Of a DNA stretch of 64,000 bases, positions 1-11,900 are shown piece after piece. Every line of letters begins with the position of its first letter. The first letter of the stretch is position 1. Both the position numbers and the translations under genes were made by a program. The notes beneath the pieces are model-generated. The model saw only the letters and a list, made by a program, of their open reading frames with translations, searched no databases and was not told where the DNA came from. The DNA comes from Mobula hypostoma (taxonomy: Eukaryota), in the NCBI RefSeq assembly GCF_963921235.1, contig NC_086108.1:22506001-22570000 (forward strand), written 5' to 3'.

Positions 1-287
1 TTTGTCCTTCCCTGTCCCCTCTTCTTCTGTTCCCTACTCAGGCTTCTTACCTCTTCTCACCTGCCTGTCTGCTCCCCCCTGGGTTCCCTCCTCCTTTCCT
101 TTCTCCAATGGTCCACTCTCCTCTTCTATCAGAGTCCTTCCTCTCCATCCCTTTACCTTTCCCACCCACCTGGCTTCACCTATCACCTTCTAGCTATCCT
201 CCTTCCCCTTCCCCACCTTTTTATTCTGGCATCTTCCCCCTTCCTTTCCAGTCATGAAGAAAGGTCTCCAGCATTTTGTGTGTTGCT
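1..287 (+). mobile_element. Decayed 3' end (pyrimidine-rich UTR and degenerate hammerhead/pLTR) of a Penelope-like element
   Basis: C/T-rich tract ending in ccagtcatgaagaaaggtctccagcattttgtgtgttgc, resembling the 3' ends at 19630-20022 and 46350-46500. Confidence 0.6.
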
Positions 288-419
288 TAAAATAAATAGC
301 CGGATAGTTCTGTTGTTGGGTCTTGTCCCAAAATGTCAACAATTACTTTATAATGACAGTGCTGTTCAGTCTGAATTCTTCCAGCAGTTTGATTTCTGAG
401 CCAGAGAACTCTGTTTAAA

Positions 420-640
420 TGATGTTGGTGGAGGGATGGGTATTGCATGGGATACCAGGAGTAATTTTTGTTTCTGACACAACCTACAAGGGGCTAAGCA
501 TAATTTCAGCTTCATGCCTTACCTGAAGAACTACATTTGCAGCAATGCAGCAGCCTCTCAGTACTGTACAGACTGTTTTCCTTTCAAGCTCAAGACCTGT
601 TTGCTTTGGTGAATATAGTATCCAGTGGGTAAGGACTGAC
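420..640 (-). mobile_element. Very old DeuSINE (SacSINE1/AmnSINE1-like) relic
   Basis: gatgttggtggagggat...ataccaggag and gcagcagcctctcagtactg motifs, also present in the better copy at 1850-2150. Confidence 0.45.
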
Positions 641-1304
641 ACAGTATCATGGGATAGATATATATGAGGAAATTTATTCAGTAAACTTCAGACCCTGCTT
701 TAGGAAACCAACACTGTTCCTTCAACCCACCAACAGTATATTGCCTCATTACATTCAGATATTGCTTAAATTATTTTGGAGTTGTTCCACCTCTGTACCT
801 GGAATTCCATGCATTAGTCACTCTGTGTTAAGAACCTCCTTTGTGGTCCCGTGTGGTCTTGTTCAGTGGTCATTTGTTTAATCACACATTTATACTGGAA
901 ACTTACCCAGATGGCCTTTTTCCAAGTATATGCTTGATCAACAAAGCTCTGTAATTCCACAGAACTTCCATTTTCTTGCTCCAATACTGGCAGGCTGGCC
1001 TGACAGCACACATCTCCAACAACCTCCAGCATGTAATGGGCAGACACCTGATGTCATCTGATTTGACATTCTGAGTATGGATTGCATAGAGAATGTAGGA
1101 GAGTTTGGCAGCTAAAGTTTACATGCCCTATTACAGTCGGGTTTACCACATCTTCCCTTACATTATGATGAGATATGAGGTTCACTTCCTTGAAGAAGCC
1201 AGGAGCTAAACTTGATGCCTTTGTACTCTGTAGCCTCAACAACACGATATTCAAACCACAGCGTGTATGGCATCAAGGTCATTGCCCTAGTTTCCTCAGA
1301 AAAA

Positions 1305-1480
1305 CATGAGACTATAGATGCTGAAATCTGGCGCAACACACAAAATACTGGAGGAACTCAGTGACTCAGGTAGCATCTATGGAGAGGGAATGGGTAGCAG
1401 ATGTTTTGGGTCAAGACCATTTCCTCCATTGATGGTGTCTGACCTGCCAAGGCTTTCCAGCATGCAATGTGTTCCTACAA
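1305..1480. mobile_element. Decayed Penelope pLTR-derived mini-element with foldback arms
   Basis: gatgctgaaatct..caacacacaaaatactggaggaactcag..gcatct followed by a degenerate antisense arm (gacctgcc..tttccagcat). Confidence 0.65.
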
Positions 1481-1849
1481 CTCCCTCGCATATTTTGAGA
1501 AATGAGACCAGGTTTTGGCTCTAAGATGCAAGCAACTCTCAGGGTCATATTAATACTATAAGGATGCTGAAATACAAGTTTTAGAACTTTCAATTTTCTC
1601 TAGCAATCCTGAATAAAATGTTTTTCAGCACTCTGTGATCCAACAAAGCACAGCACAGGAAAAACCCATTCTCCGCTTTGGGAAATTGATCCTCTTTGAT
1701 GCCTCATTTAGGCAAATTGTCCAATTAAAGTTATGCTACTCTATGGGAATACGTAGATACTTGAAAGAGATTTAATTTGTAACCACAAACTGCCTCCAGG
1801 TATTCTTAGAACTAATAAAATACTTTCTAAAGCATAGACATTTACAATA

Positions 1850-2150
1850 GGGCAACACACCAAGATCCCACAACGAGCAATAAGATAATGTGTGTTTTTT
1901 TTAGTGATGTGGGTTGACTGGTAATTATCGGGCGGGATACCAGATTTCTCTTCAATATGTGAGGGACTTTCACATCTGTATTACTTGGGAGAAAATAGTT
2001 TAACATTTTTCACACAAACAGAACTGATGCCACAGAAAGAGGCCAAATTTATACCAGCAAGACAGCACCGCTGACAAGGCAGACAGAGCTTCCTCAGTGC
2101 TGGGATGACCTAGAATTTGTGCTCAGATCTCGGACTAAAGGGGAATTACG
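1850..2150 (-). mobile_element. DeuSINE (SacSINE1/AmnSINE1-like) relic upstream of the promoter
   Basis: caagatcccacaa..gcaataagataatg..tttttagtgatgt..gatacc..ttctcttc..gacagcacc..cctcagtgctg..tgtgctcag matches the Deu-domain SINE consensus as I recall it. Confidence 0.6.
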
Positions 2151-2329
2151 CCCAGCGGCGGTCTCACTGGAAATAAAAGGATGGTTTAAAAAGAACACTT
2201 GCCATGTTATTTTAGATAATACTTCTACCAGAAAGAGTGGCCTGCTTTTACTTTTAGACTGCTTGACAACCTGTATTTTTCGAGTTAAGAAGATGCATTA
2301 AGGATCCCTCTGTGTGTGTTGTGGGGGGG

Positions 2330-2700
2330 GGGAGGGTTTGCAGGACTGGAGGAGGGGCGGGCAGTTTAAGAGGTGCCATGTGGCTTTCATTTCTGCTCGC
2401 TTTGATTTACCAGGTTGTCTCCTAACATGAAAAGAGATTTGTCTATTCTTTTTAACGTATCATATTAAAGAGGAAACGCTTCCTCTTTTAACCTGCTGCG
2501 CAAACTTCAAAGGCAGTCAGCCTGGAGGTGGCTGCTGGTCCCAACCCCTTGTGACTTGCCGAGAGAGTGAGTGACTTGCCGCCACTGGCGAGAAACCGGC
2601 AGGATGATTGCTCGCTCGGGTCGACCGCTCTCTTCCTGACCGCCAGTCTGCCCTCCTCTCTTATGTCGCTTTGGGGGTAAGAGAGAAGGGGTGGGGGCGA
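2330..2700 (+). promoter_or_regulatory. Putative CpG-rich promoter / non-coding first exon of the ADAMTSL2-like gene
   Basis: Local CpG enrichment, GC box (GGGGCGGG ~2354), candidate donor GG|GTAAGA at 2676/2677, candidate acceptors at 2898 and 2936 just upstream of the ATG exon. Confidence 0.5.
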
Positions 2701-2948
2701 AAATAAACGTTCACAAGAATACGCAGTGATACAAAGCTTGCTTGGAGCCCTGAGAGGAGAAGGATGGGTATCTTTCCCTTTCAGCTGGGGTCTTACACTT
2801 ACACTGTTTGTCTAGCTTGTCAATCAGGGTAAATGGAACGATCTGCTCTCCTCGCTTGCACCCACAGGTTGTAAAGTCATTAATTGCTCTCCATCCAGGT
2901 TTCATCAAGCTCTCCCTTCATGTGTTCCTCCTGCAGTTCTGTTGGAGA

Positions 2949-3047
2949 ATGGCTGCCAGGGTTTGGACTCATAGCTACAGGTCTGCAGCGCTTTTCACCT
3001 ATTCCGTGTTTTTCCTTCTGTGGCGTGCCGAAACTCATGGCAATCTG
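2949..3047 (+). CDS. ADAMTSL2: First coding exon (signal peptide) of ADAMTSL2-like protein: MAARVWTHSYRSAALFTYSVFFLLWRAETHGNL
   Basis: ATG at 2949 in AGAATGG context, hydrophobic core, 99 nt, CTG|GTAAGT phase-0 donor that joins in frame to the exon at 23121. Confidence 0.75.
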
Positions 3048-3869
3048 GTAAGTTTGAGCTCTCCTTATTCCTAGACACTCTTGAGCTTTGGTGTATTTTT
3101 TTTAAATCCCTTCTCCCGCTGCAACATTATTAAGTCTTATTTCACAGGAGGACAGCACGCAGACAGAAGCTGTTCTCACGTGTGTGAGCGAAGTGGTGAG
3201 AAATAATTTGTATCTTGGTTTGCATCTCGCAGTTCTTTTTAAGTTTCAAAAATATTTTTAAAGGAAATTTTCCAAATCAGTTTGTTCTGCGCCTGGTTTT
3301 ATTTTTAAACGGCATTCATTGTTTTATGTTGTTCAGATTTGCAGAGAGTGAGAGAGAGCACTTTTTGGCAAAAACTATTTGAAACATTTTAGTAAGCTTA
3401 TAAATCTAACTATGCACTCTAAACTGTTGGATATATATATTGTGTTTTTTTGGACAGTAGAGTTGTTCTATATTGTTGCCCAGTTAAACTGAACCTCCCC
3501 TATCCTTATGCATCCTCACACCGAAGTTGGTAAATGTAGGTTTCTTATTTAACCTTGCTGTTTCCAAATGCAGACTCTCATCACACACAGCTATAGCTTT
3601 CCGACTTTAAAAAAAAAATCCCCCCCCTTTTAGTCGCTCAATTTTATTTTCCCTCAAGTCTTGCATCAATCAATGATACTGGGGCTCGCACTTTAAATGG
3701 TGTTTGCACGAGCTGAGAACCTGAATTTAAGAGATGGTAGAGAAAATTAAATGATTGGGATGAAGATATTTTAAATTTAAATCTGAAGAAAAGACAACAT
3801 TGAATTTTTAACGTTAGGAGGAGCTGATGAGGTGAAAGGCTTTACTTCGTTAAAGGTCAGATGAAAGAG

Positions 3870-4960
3870 AAATGAACGCAGTCGTGGCTGGGAGCAGGGC
3901 AGTGCATTGAGAGGCTGGGGAGGGCACTCTGCAGCCACCTTCATGCTTGTCTAGACGAGCAGAGGCGCGTTAAAGTTGCCTCAAACGTGAGGCCTTTCAT
4001 GTACCCCCGGTTCGGCTGTGTGTTAAAACTCTGGCACATCACGTGGGTTTTGTTTTGTCTCTCTCCTTCTCCCACCCCCACCACCCCCCGCTCTTTAGTT
4101 CCAACCCCGAGGGTAGAAGGGAGAAGCTATTAAAGGAAGGGGGTGGGGAAGGGGAGTGTGTGTGTGTGTGCTCGATGCAATCGATTGTAGCGAAAGGGCG
4201 CATTTTAAACAAAAAGAACTTAAAGAGACTGTACTGAAACTGCAAGACTAAATTGCTGACGGTTTGCAGAAACAAAATTGGATGTCATTAACTCCACCGA
4301 TTAGCTGTTTCCCCAAGGAAAGAAAAACAAGAGATTATTTGCTGTGGTTTATTTTGATATTCTGAGGGTTGTTCTCCCAAACACAGCTGCATGGGGTCCG
4401 GAACACTTTGTTTCACCATCACCACCCCACCTCCCCCGACTAAGGAGTCCCGATATAAATATGCGATGAAGAGCTGCGGGATACTGCTGCTACAATTACT
4501 CACCCCTGTGAGCGGGACACAAGCGGACTGGCGCATGCTCCTGAGAGAGGCACCTGAATTTACATGGCGCCTTTCTTCGACATTCCCCCCCATGACACAG
4601 TATATTTTTGTAAAAAAAGTGTGTTGTTGTGCACTTTTAGAAACGTGGCAGCCCATTTTGCACGGAACAGATGTGAAAGTGACCGATTCATCTGTCGCTG
4701 CTGGAGAGGGCAGATGTATTCTGGAGGTCGGGAGCTGCCGTACTCTGAGAACTGCCTGCTCCTTCACGTCACCTGAAGGGGCAGACAGGGCCTCTGTTAC
4801 ATTTCCTCCAACAGAAGACGCCTTCCACCGTGCAACCGCCCCTCCCAGTTCTAACCTGGACTGAGTGCCAGCCGAGTATCTGTGCCGGGAGTTGGGCGTG
4901 AATCCAAAATCCGCTGTCTCAAAGGTGAGAGTGCTGAGCCACAAGTGAAATCCGAGCAAT
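3870..4960. promoter_or_regulatory. CpG-enriched non-repetitive segment in the first coding intron (possible enhancer or alternative promoter)
   Basis: CpG density visibly above flanks, TATAAAT at ~4454, donor-like AAG|GTGAGA at 4924/4925. Confidence 0.35.
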
Positions 4961-5521
4961 TAACAGGGTAGACCTTTTTCACAAATAATAACTGCAGTGA
5001 TTTCCCCTTCTCCTGCCCTCACACGTGGTGTCTGGGTATGGGAGGCACAAGCATCTTGGAAGCGTCTTAATGCAGCCAGCCAGTTTTGCTGCTAATAGCA
5101 CAGACCATGATTCACATTGGCCTGAGATTATTGTTTTTGCAAGGTAGAACTGAGGGAAGAAAATAAATAAACTCTTAACTCAAAAGGTGCATTAGAGCAA
5201 GTGCATGACTGGCCAAAGGAATTTAGACACAAGAAACTGCAGATGCTAGAATCTGAAACAACAAATAATCCGAAGTCTTGTACCACAGCAAGATGCCCAT
5301 AAAGGAATGCTGCTGACTGCACATTCTAGGTTGCAGGAATATGTGCTGAAACTTGGTGCAGCTGATGTGAAACTTGTTGGGGAAGGACTACAGTGCAGTC
5401 TCTTTTTGCTTTTGCACACAGTGGGCAAGCCCCTGAAACATTGACCTATCCAGATGGATCCGTTCATACACAAGTACCTCAAGGAAGTTCAAAAAGAAAA
5501 CAAAACAATGCAGAATATACT

Positions 5522-5905
5522 GTTGGCCCTCCGTTGGTCGGGATCTACAATGAATGTTGCGACCTAGCTGTTGAAGTTGCTATGCAAGTCAGTACGCAAG
5601 CCGGGGCAGTACGATATGGGGAGCAAGATGTTGCCCATGTAGCAGATTTGCCCTCTCCACGCAGCTGATGAAATCAAAGGAATAGCAGAGACTGCTACAG
5701 TTTTACACCAGCAGTGTCGTAGGAGTTGCTGGTCAGTGTTGAACTCAACACAGGACTGCCTTAGGTCTGTATTTTTCCTCTGGGTTTACCTCCATAGCAT
5801 TCCCCATGAGTGGGTATAGCTGCAAGGCAGCAGAGGTTTGAAATCAGAGTTTCCCTTCTAGATGAGCTGCCAACCGTGGCTGTCGAGCTCCATCTGCCCA
5901 GACAA
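5522..5905 (-). mobile_element. RTE-related non-autonomous retroelement, 5'-truncated copy
   Basis: Colinear with 50150-50550 (gagcaag..gttgcccatgtagca, catgagtgggtatagc, gcagcagaggtttga). Confidence 0.7.
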
Positions 5906-5919
5906 TATGGTTTCAGTTA

Positions 5920-6320
5920 GAGAATAAGTGTAGGTAGACAAATTGCAAGGGCTAAAGATGAGTTAGACTGAGAAATCAAGAGTTCATTTTTATGATTCAA
6001 AAAGTCAGTTTAAGAGTCTTATAACGATGACGTAGAAGCTGTCCTTAAGCCTCGTGGTTCATATTTTTGAATTTCCGTATCTTCTGCCCAACGTTAGAGG
6101 GGCAAAGACTGGAGTGGGAGGGGTCTCTGTTGGCTGTTTTCATGAGGCAAAGTTGGGAAGTGTAGACGGTTAATGGAGGAGAGACTGTGTGATGGACTAG
6201 GCTACGTTTACATCCCTCTCCAATTTCTCGTGATCTTATGCCGGTTAGTTGCCAAACCAAGCTGTGATGAACCTGGATAGGGTGCTTTCCATGTTGCATC
6301 TGTAAAGTTTGGTGAGGGTA
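5920..6320 (-). mobile_element. Decayed Rex1/Babar-like LINE 3' fragment
   Basis: ccaaaccaagctgtgatgaacctggatagggtgctttcc..catctgtaaa parallels 29640-29710. Confidence 0.55.
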
Positions 6321-6894
6321 TAACTACTTAGAACGGATATAGGGGTGCGGGCTCAAAGATGGTCATGAAAGAAACTTCATCTAGGGATAGGATGATTCAT
6401 TTGATTTGCCAGGTAAGCAAATGTAGCTCAGCAGAGGCAGGTTATTGTGTGCATGCTGCCGAGCTCATGTCTATGTCCTTACCAAAGTTGCGCTATTGCA
6501 AATGGGATTATATTTTCCCTTTCTCCAGCCCTTGGGTAATGACAACAATGATCGATGGGGTTCTCAGCACAACTCGTAGTGGGAGAAGTCAGTGAAGTGC
6601 TCAGGCATTGCCTTCAATTGTTTGTTTAGAAGATGACCACACAAACAATATAGTAAGGATGCTTCATATAATCTCGCTTGCAATCCATAGATAGTAATAC
6701 AGGTTGATGTCCTTTTCCCACTCATCTCCATTTGCATTAATAGATTTCTTGCAGGAATTGTCTATACTTTTGCATGGGAAAGAATTCCTCTGAGTCTTGT
6801 TTCCCACCCCTAACAATTGTTAATTACTTTGCATGTACTAATATATCGATTTTTATTAAACAAAGAAAAAAACAATTCTGGTGTAACTTGGCAG

Positions 6895-7660
6895 CTTAAG
6901 CAGCATTTGTGGAGGCAAAGCAAGTAAGTTGATGTGGGTTGAGACCTGGGAACAGGATCGATAGAGAAGAGGAAACATTGCCAGCAAGTTGCAGTACACA
7001 CAAGGGTTGGGAACAGGAAAAAAAGTCAGGAACTAGACAAAGAGGAGATGAAGGGCAGATGGAACCAGCTGGGGGAGGGGATGACAAGGATGATCAAAGA
7101 GAGATGATGATTAGATGGACAGGTGAATGTGTGGGAGGGAAACACTGGGGTGCAGATTATCTGAAATTGGAAAGTTCAAAGAAAATTTATTCACGAAGTA
7201 CCTGTAGACATGTTACCATATAATACCTTAAGGTTAATTTCCTTGCGGACATTTACAGGAAAAACAAAATAGAATAGAATTTTATAGAAAATTATTCATA
7301 AACACTGACAAAACAAGCAATGCACAAAAGAAGAGAAATTGTGCAAATAAAAATAATACAACATGAGTTCTTGAAAGGACTCTCAATGTTCACACTATTG
7401 GGTTGTATGAAACTGAAGGAGAATATGAAATATTGCTCTTTCAAATTGTACTTGGCTTCTCCTTAGCAAAGGAGAAGGCCGAGGGCAAACAGATCGGTGT
7501 GCAAATGGGAGGAAGCTTGAGATACCTGCTGCAGACAGAGCACAGATGCTCCACAAAGCAGTCACCTGGTTTGCAGTTGCTTTCACCAATTTAGAGAAAA
7601 CCTCATTGTGAACACCAAACATTGAGATCAGGTTGGAAGAAGTGCATGTAATCCTCTGTG
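6895..7660 (-). mobile_element. Old Penelope 3' fragment, interrupted by a LINE 3'UTR (~7170-7385)
   Basis: Purine-rich UTR complement and degenerate antisense of the GIY-YIG tail seen intact at 19300-19627. Confidence 0.5.
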
Positions 7661-8907
7661 GTGAGTCTGTGGTGGCCAGTGCTATCATGTTTGCTGTTGT
7701 GTGCTGGGGCAGCAGGCTGAGGGTAGTCATAGTCATACTTTATTGATCCCGGGGGAAATTAGTTTTTGTTACAGTTGCACCATAAATAATAAATAGTAAT
7801 AGTAATATTACTATTAGTAAATAGTAATAGTCATAGAAATAATAAATAGTAGTAGAAAATAGTAATAAATAGTTAAATAGTAATATGTAAATTATGCCAG
7901 TAAATAATGAAATAAGTCCAGGACCAGCCTATCGGCTCAGGGTGCCTGACCCTCCAAGGGAGGAGTTGTAAAGTTTGATGGCCACAGGCAGGAATGAATT
8001 CCTATGACGCTCTGTGTTGCATCTCGGTGGAATGAGTCTCTGGCTGAATGTACTCCTGTGCCCAACCAGTACATTATGTAGTGGATGGGAGACATTGACC
8101 AAGATGGCATGCAACTTAGACAGCATCCTCTTTTCAGACACCACCGTGAGAGAGTCCAGTTCCATCCCCACAACATCACTGGCCTTACGAATGAGTTTGC
8201 TGATTCTGTTGGTGTCTGCTACCCTCAGCCTGCTGCCCCAGCACACAACAGCAAACATGATAGCACTGGCCACCACAGGCTCGTAGAACATCCTCAGCAT
8301 TGTCCGGCAGATGTTCAAGGACCTCAGTCTCCTCAGGAAATAGAGACGGCTCTGACCCTTCTTGTAGACAGCCTCAGTGTTCTTAGACCAGTCCAGTTTA
8401 TTTTCAATTCGTATCCCCAGGTATTTGTAATCCTCCACCATGTCCACACTGACCCCCTGGATGGAAACAAGGGGTCCCCAACAGAATCAACAAACTCATT
8501 CGTAAGGCCAGTGATGTTGTGGGGATGGAACTGGACTCTCTCACGGTGGTGTCTGAAAAGAGGATGCTGTCTAAGTTGCATGCCATCTTGGTCAATGTCT
8601 CCCATCCACTACATAATGTACTGGTTGGGCACAGGAGTACATTCAGCCAGAGACTCATTCCACCGAGATGCAACACAGAGCGTCATAGGAAGTCATTCCT
8701 GCCTGTGGCCATCAAACTTTACAACTCCTCCCTTGGAGGGTCAGGCACCCTGAGCCAATAGGCTGGTCCTGGACTTATTTCCTGGCATAATTTACATATT
8801 ACTATTTAACTATTTATGGTTTCATTACTATTTATTATTTATGGTGCAACTGTAACAAAAACCAATTTCCCTCGGGATCAATAAAGTATGACTGTGACTA
8901 TGACTAC
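7661..8907 (+). mobile_element. Rex1/Babar-like LINE 3' end (outer copy; pieces 7661-7725 and ~8478-8907)
   Basis: RT C-terminal ORF (8519-8761), AATAAA and (TATGAC)n tail ending 8907; the two pieces are colinear with the inner copy. Confidence 0.8.
7722..8475 (-). mobile_element. Rex1/Babar-like LINE 3' end (inner copy, same family, opposite strand)
   Basis: ORF 7929-8447 (YKYLG..KKGQSRLYFLRRLRS) and (GTCATA)n tail complement at 7722-7737. Confidence 0.85.
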
Positions 8908-11900
8908 GTCTTTCAAAAGGGGCTGTTTACAATGCTGCTGAGATTACCTATCTTGCCTGTGTTTTCCACAGGATGCCTGGTATCTATCCTGTGCCATGGA
9001 TGGTTAGGTTATAAGCATGTTGAGGGAAGGACCAACGCCTTTTTGTAGGTCAATGTCTGTCTTGCTCTCCCACTCCTCCTGGAAGCTGGTTTTGGATGCT
9101 GTCTTGATGGTTAAAAGACCTGCAGTATGGTTCTGTTGCATGGGTAGTCAGTGTTTATCAATTGGATTGGCAAACATACCTTTTCGTGATGGTGGGCTTG
9201 AATAAAGGTGGTAGGGGCAGTATTCTTACAAGTGCAGAATGAAAATGTGTTCCTGTCTGGCCAGACTTAGCAGTTGCACTCACAGAAGGCAAACACACTG
9301 ATTGCTCCTGGGATCAAACCAAGGCATTCTACAATCTAGAACTTGTGTTGAGAAAGTTATTCTCATGAATCATTGGTGTTTGGAACTCTGTTCCTCAAAT
9401 GGCAGTATAAACACAGTCTTTGAATATTGTTAATACATGGTTAGATGGATCATTGAAAAGTAAAGGAGGGTGAAAGGGTATTGTGAATAGAGGAAGAGGT
9501 TACAATCAAATCCGCCATGATCTCATTAGGTATGGTGCAGGTTTGAGAGGCAGAGTGGCCTACTACTGATTTAGATGTTTATAAGATTTTCTTCATAACC
9601 TTGCACTTCCTTGAAACATTTGAGGTTGTCTCATTACAGACCCTGCCTCTATCTCTAATATTCAGAATCAAGGCATTTATTAATTGGTCTTGAAAGCTCT
9701 AAATACTTCCACAGTCTTTTGGGGTAAGTGCTATTAAATTATGCTCCCTTGTGTTGGATTGGTCTATTAGAGAATATAGTCTCAGTCTATCTTGGCAATA
9801 GCAGCAGGTGCAGAAAGAAGGCCAGGAAGATCAATGGGGACACCAGTCACCTCAACCGTAAACTGTTTCAGCTGCTTCCATCTGGCAAATGCTACTGTAG
9901 CATTAAGCCAGGACCAACAGGCTATGGGACAATTTCTTTCTACAAACTGTTAGTCTTCTGAATTGCAACGGAGACGTAATACCAAGATTTTTACTCCCTC
10001 ACGTTGTAGGATGGATGTAAGATTTAAATAAATTCTGAACAAAGTAAACATCAAATTTGAAGTGCACATGAATCTTTCATCCACTCTTTCAATGATTGGA
10101 AAGGCTCTATGTAAATTTCCCTGGATTCTTCTCACGGTGGTGAATGTGCTTTATGCCACTTGTTTTGATTAGGTGCTCTGAAGGATGAGAAATGGTGGTC
10201 AGTCTCTGGTAATCTTACCTGCCATTCACAATACACAAAATCTGTTGTAATCTGAAGAAAGATTTTATGACATTTTCTTCTCCTGACTGCAGGATTGCTG
10301 GAAGCCACCATGAAAGATGGACTGCTTGGTGGGGGTGGGGGGAGAGGGAGGGAAGCGATTTTAAAAACGGGAGTGGAATTGCTTTAAATGATAAATTCAG
10401 CAGCTTCAGTACCAAGCATGGGCATTTGATTTATTCATAACACTCTAATCTGGATATCATTTAGAATTTTGGGTTATTAACATTGAGGCCAAGGATTAGC
10501 AGAATTGTATTATTAGTTTGCATTGTAAATCCCAAAAGTTTGCTTCATTGTGGTGTGGTAAACAAGTGAGAATTTATGCTATAAGACTCAGTTCTGCTGG
10601 TGATTTTTGTCTTGTGATCTTTTACCCCCAGCTTCCTTTTTAAAACCATGGCCAATATTTCTTATAACTCAGTAAAATCTTATGTTCAAGGTAAAGGAGT
10701 TGGGGTACTGTGAATACAATTGATATCTGTACAGTACTGTATTTTCCTCAGGATTTGCTTTCAGTGTTGAATCCTTAATTCATAGAACCATATCCAGGAG
10801 GATTTTCTGCAGAATTCCACGACAGAAGCAGGCCATTCAACCCAACAATTCTATGTGTATTCATGGACCACTTGGCTTTTTTCCTAATCCCCACATAACT
10901 TGAAGTACTTAAATAGCTTCTCCTTCAATATGTCTTTGCATTGTGCTTTATTAAACCCCTGTGGTAGTAAATTTCACACTTCAACTACATGGATTCATTC
11001 ACCTGGTATAATACCTCATATATGTAAACTGCCCAGTGGTGTATTTTTGGACTGGATTAGTAATTGAAGAGCTTTCTCCTTTGTTCGGGTTTCATGAATA
11101 AAATTGTTTGTCCAAAGCACTGTGGTCTTCCTTGCTAAGGCCAAGTCTGCTTCTGGGATTAGATATTTTCTGTTCATGAGATCTTCCCTGATACATGGTT
11201 CCCACCTAAAATCTCAATGGTTCCTTTCCCTCTCACTGCTGAGTTCCTCCAGCAGGTTGTTTCTTGCTTCAGATTCTAGCTCCTGATGTTTCTTGTGTCT
11301 CTGTGCTGTTTCTCTATGACTCTGTGATTCCCTACCCCAAAATATTTTGGGGAATGTACACAACTTGCAGTAAGCACCTTGAAGTGTTGGTGGAACTTCT
11401 CCAGTGACATCCTTGGAGAAGTTCCTCTGGGAGATGAACAACTGTCCTCTATTAGGCCATTATGTTTGTATGCCTGACACAACGTCCTGAGACAAGGTCT
11501 CTGTTTCAGAAATCTGGTTTGGCAAGTGATGAGAGAGGGAACAGAAACACAGAGCGAATGCTTCAAGGACATTCTCAAAGTGTCCTTGAACTTCCAGGGA
11601 AGGTCAAGCTAAAAGAGAAGTTGTGCACTTAGATTTAGAGCATGCCCAAAGGCAAGCAGATACCAGTTGTGCAAAATGAAAGGTATACAGCGGTTCAAAT
11701 CACCTGTGATGGAGGCTGTTGACTTCACTGCAGACTCAACAGCCACCCCAGTTCTGATGGAAATCAAGTATCTACCCCTTCATTCTCTCTCTTTTCCCAC
11801 CGCGCACACGCTGGGCAGAAGATACAAAAGCTTGAGACAAGTATTGGCAGGCTCAAGAATGGATCCTGTTGTGTTGTTTTCAGACTTGTGAATGGACCTC

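Noticed and set aside
3949..3956. Palindromic Smad-binding element GTCTAGAC in the first coding intron
   Set aside because: Tempting given the TGF-beta link of ADAMTSL2, but one 8-mer per 64 kb is the chance expectation
4288..4959. Overlapping 223-aa (-) and 157-aa (+) ORFs, one with a signal-like MKSCGILLLQLL stretch
   Set aside because: No recognisable domain; long ORFs are expected in GC-rich DNA; the + ORF stops before the donor site
8085..8753. 222-aa ORF and duplicated ORFs on both strands
   Set aside because: By-products of the Rex inverted repeat, read antisense or off-frame
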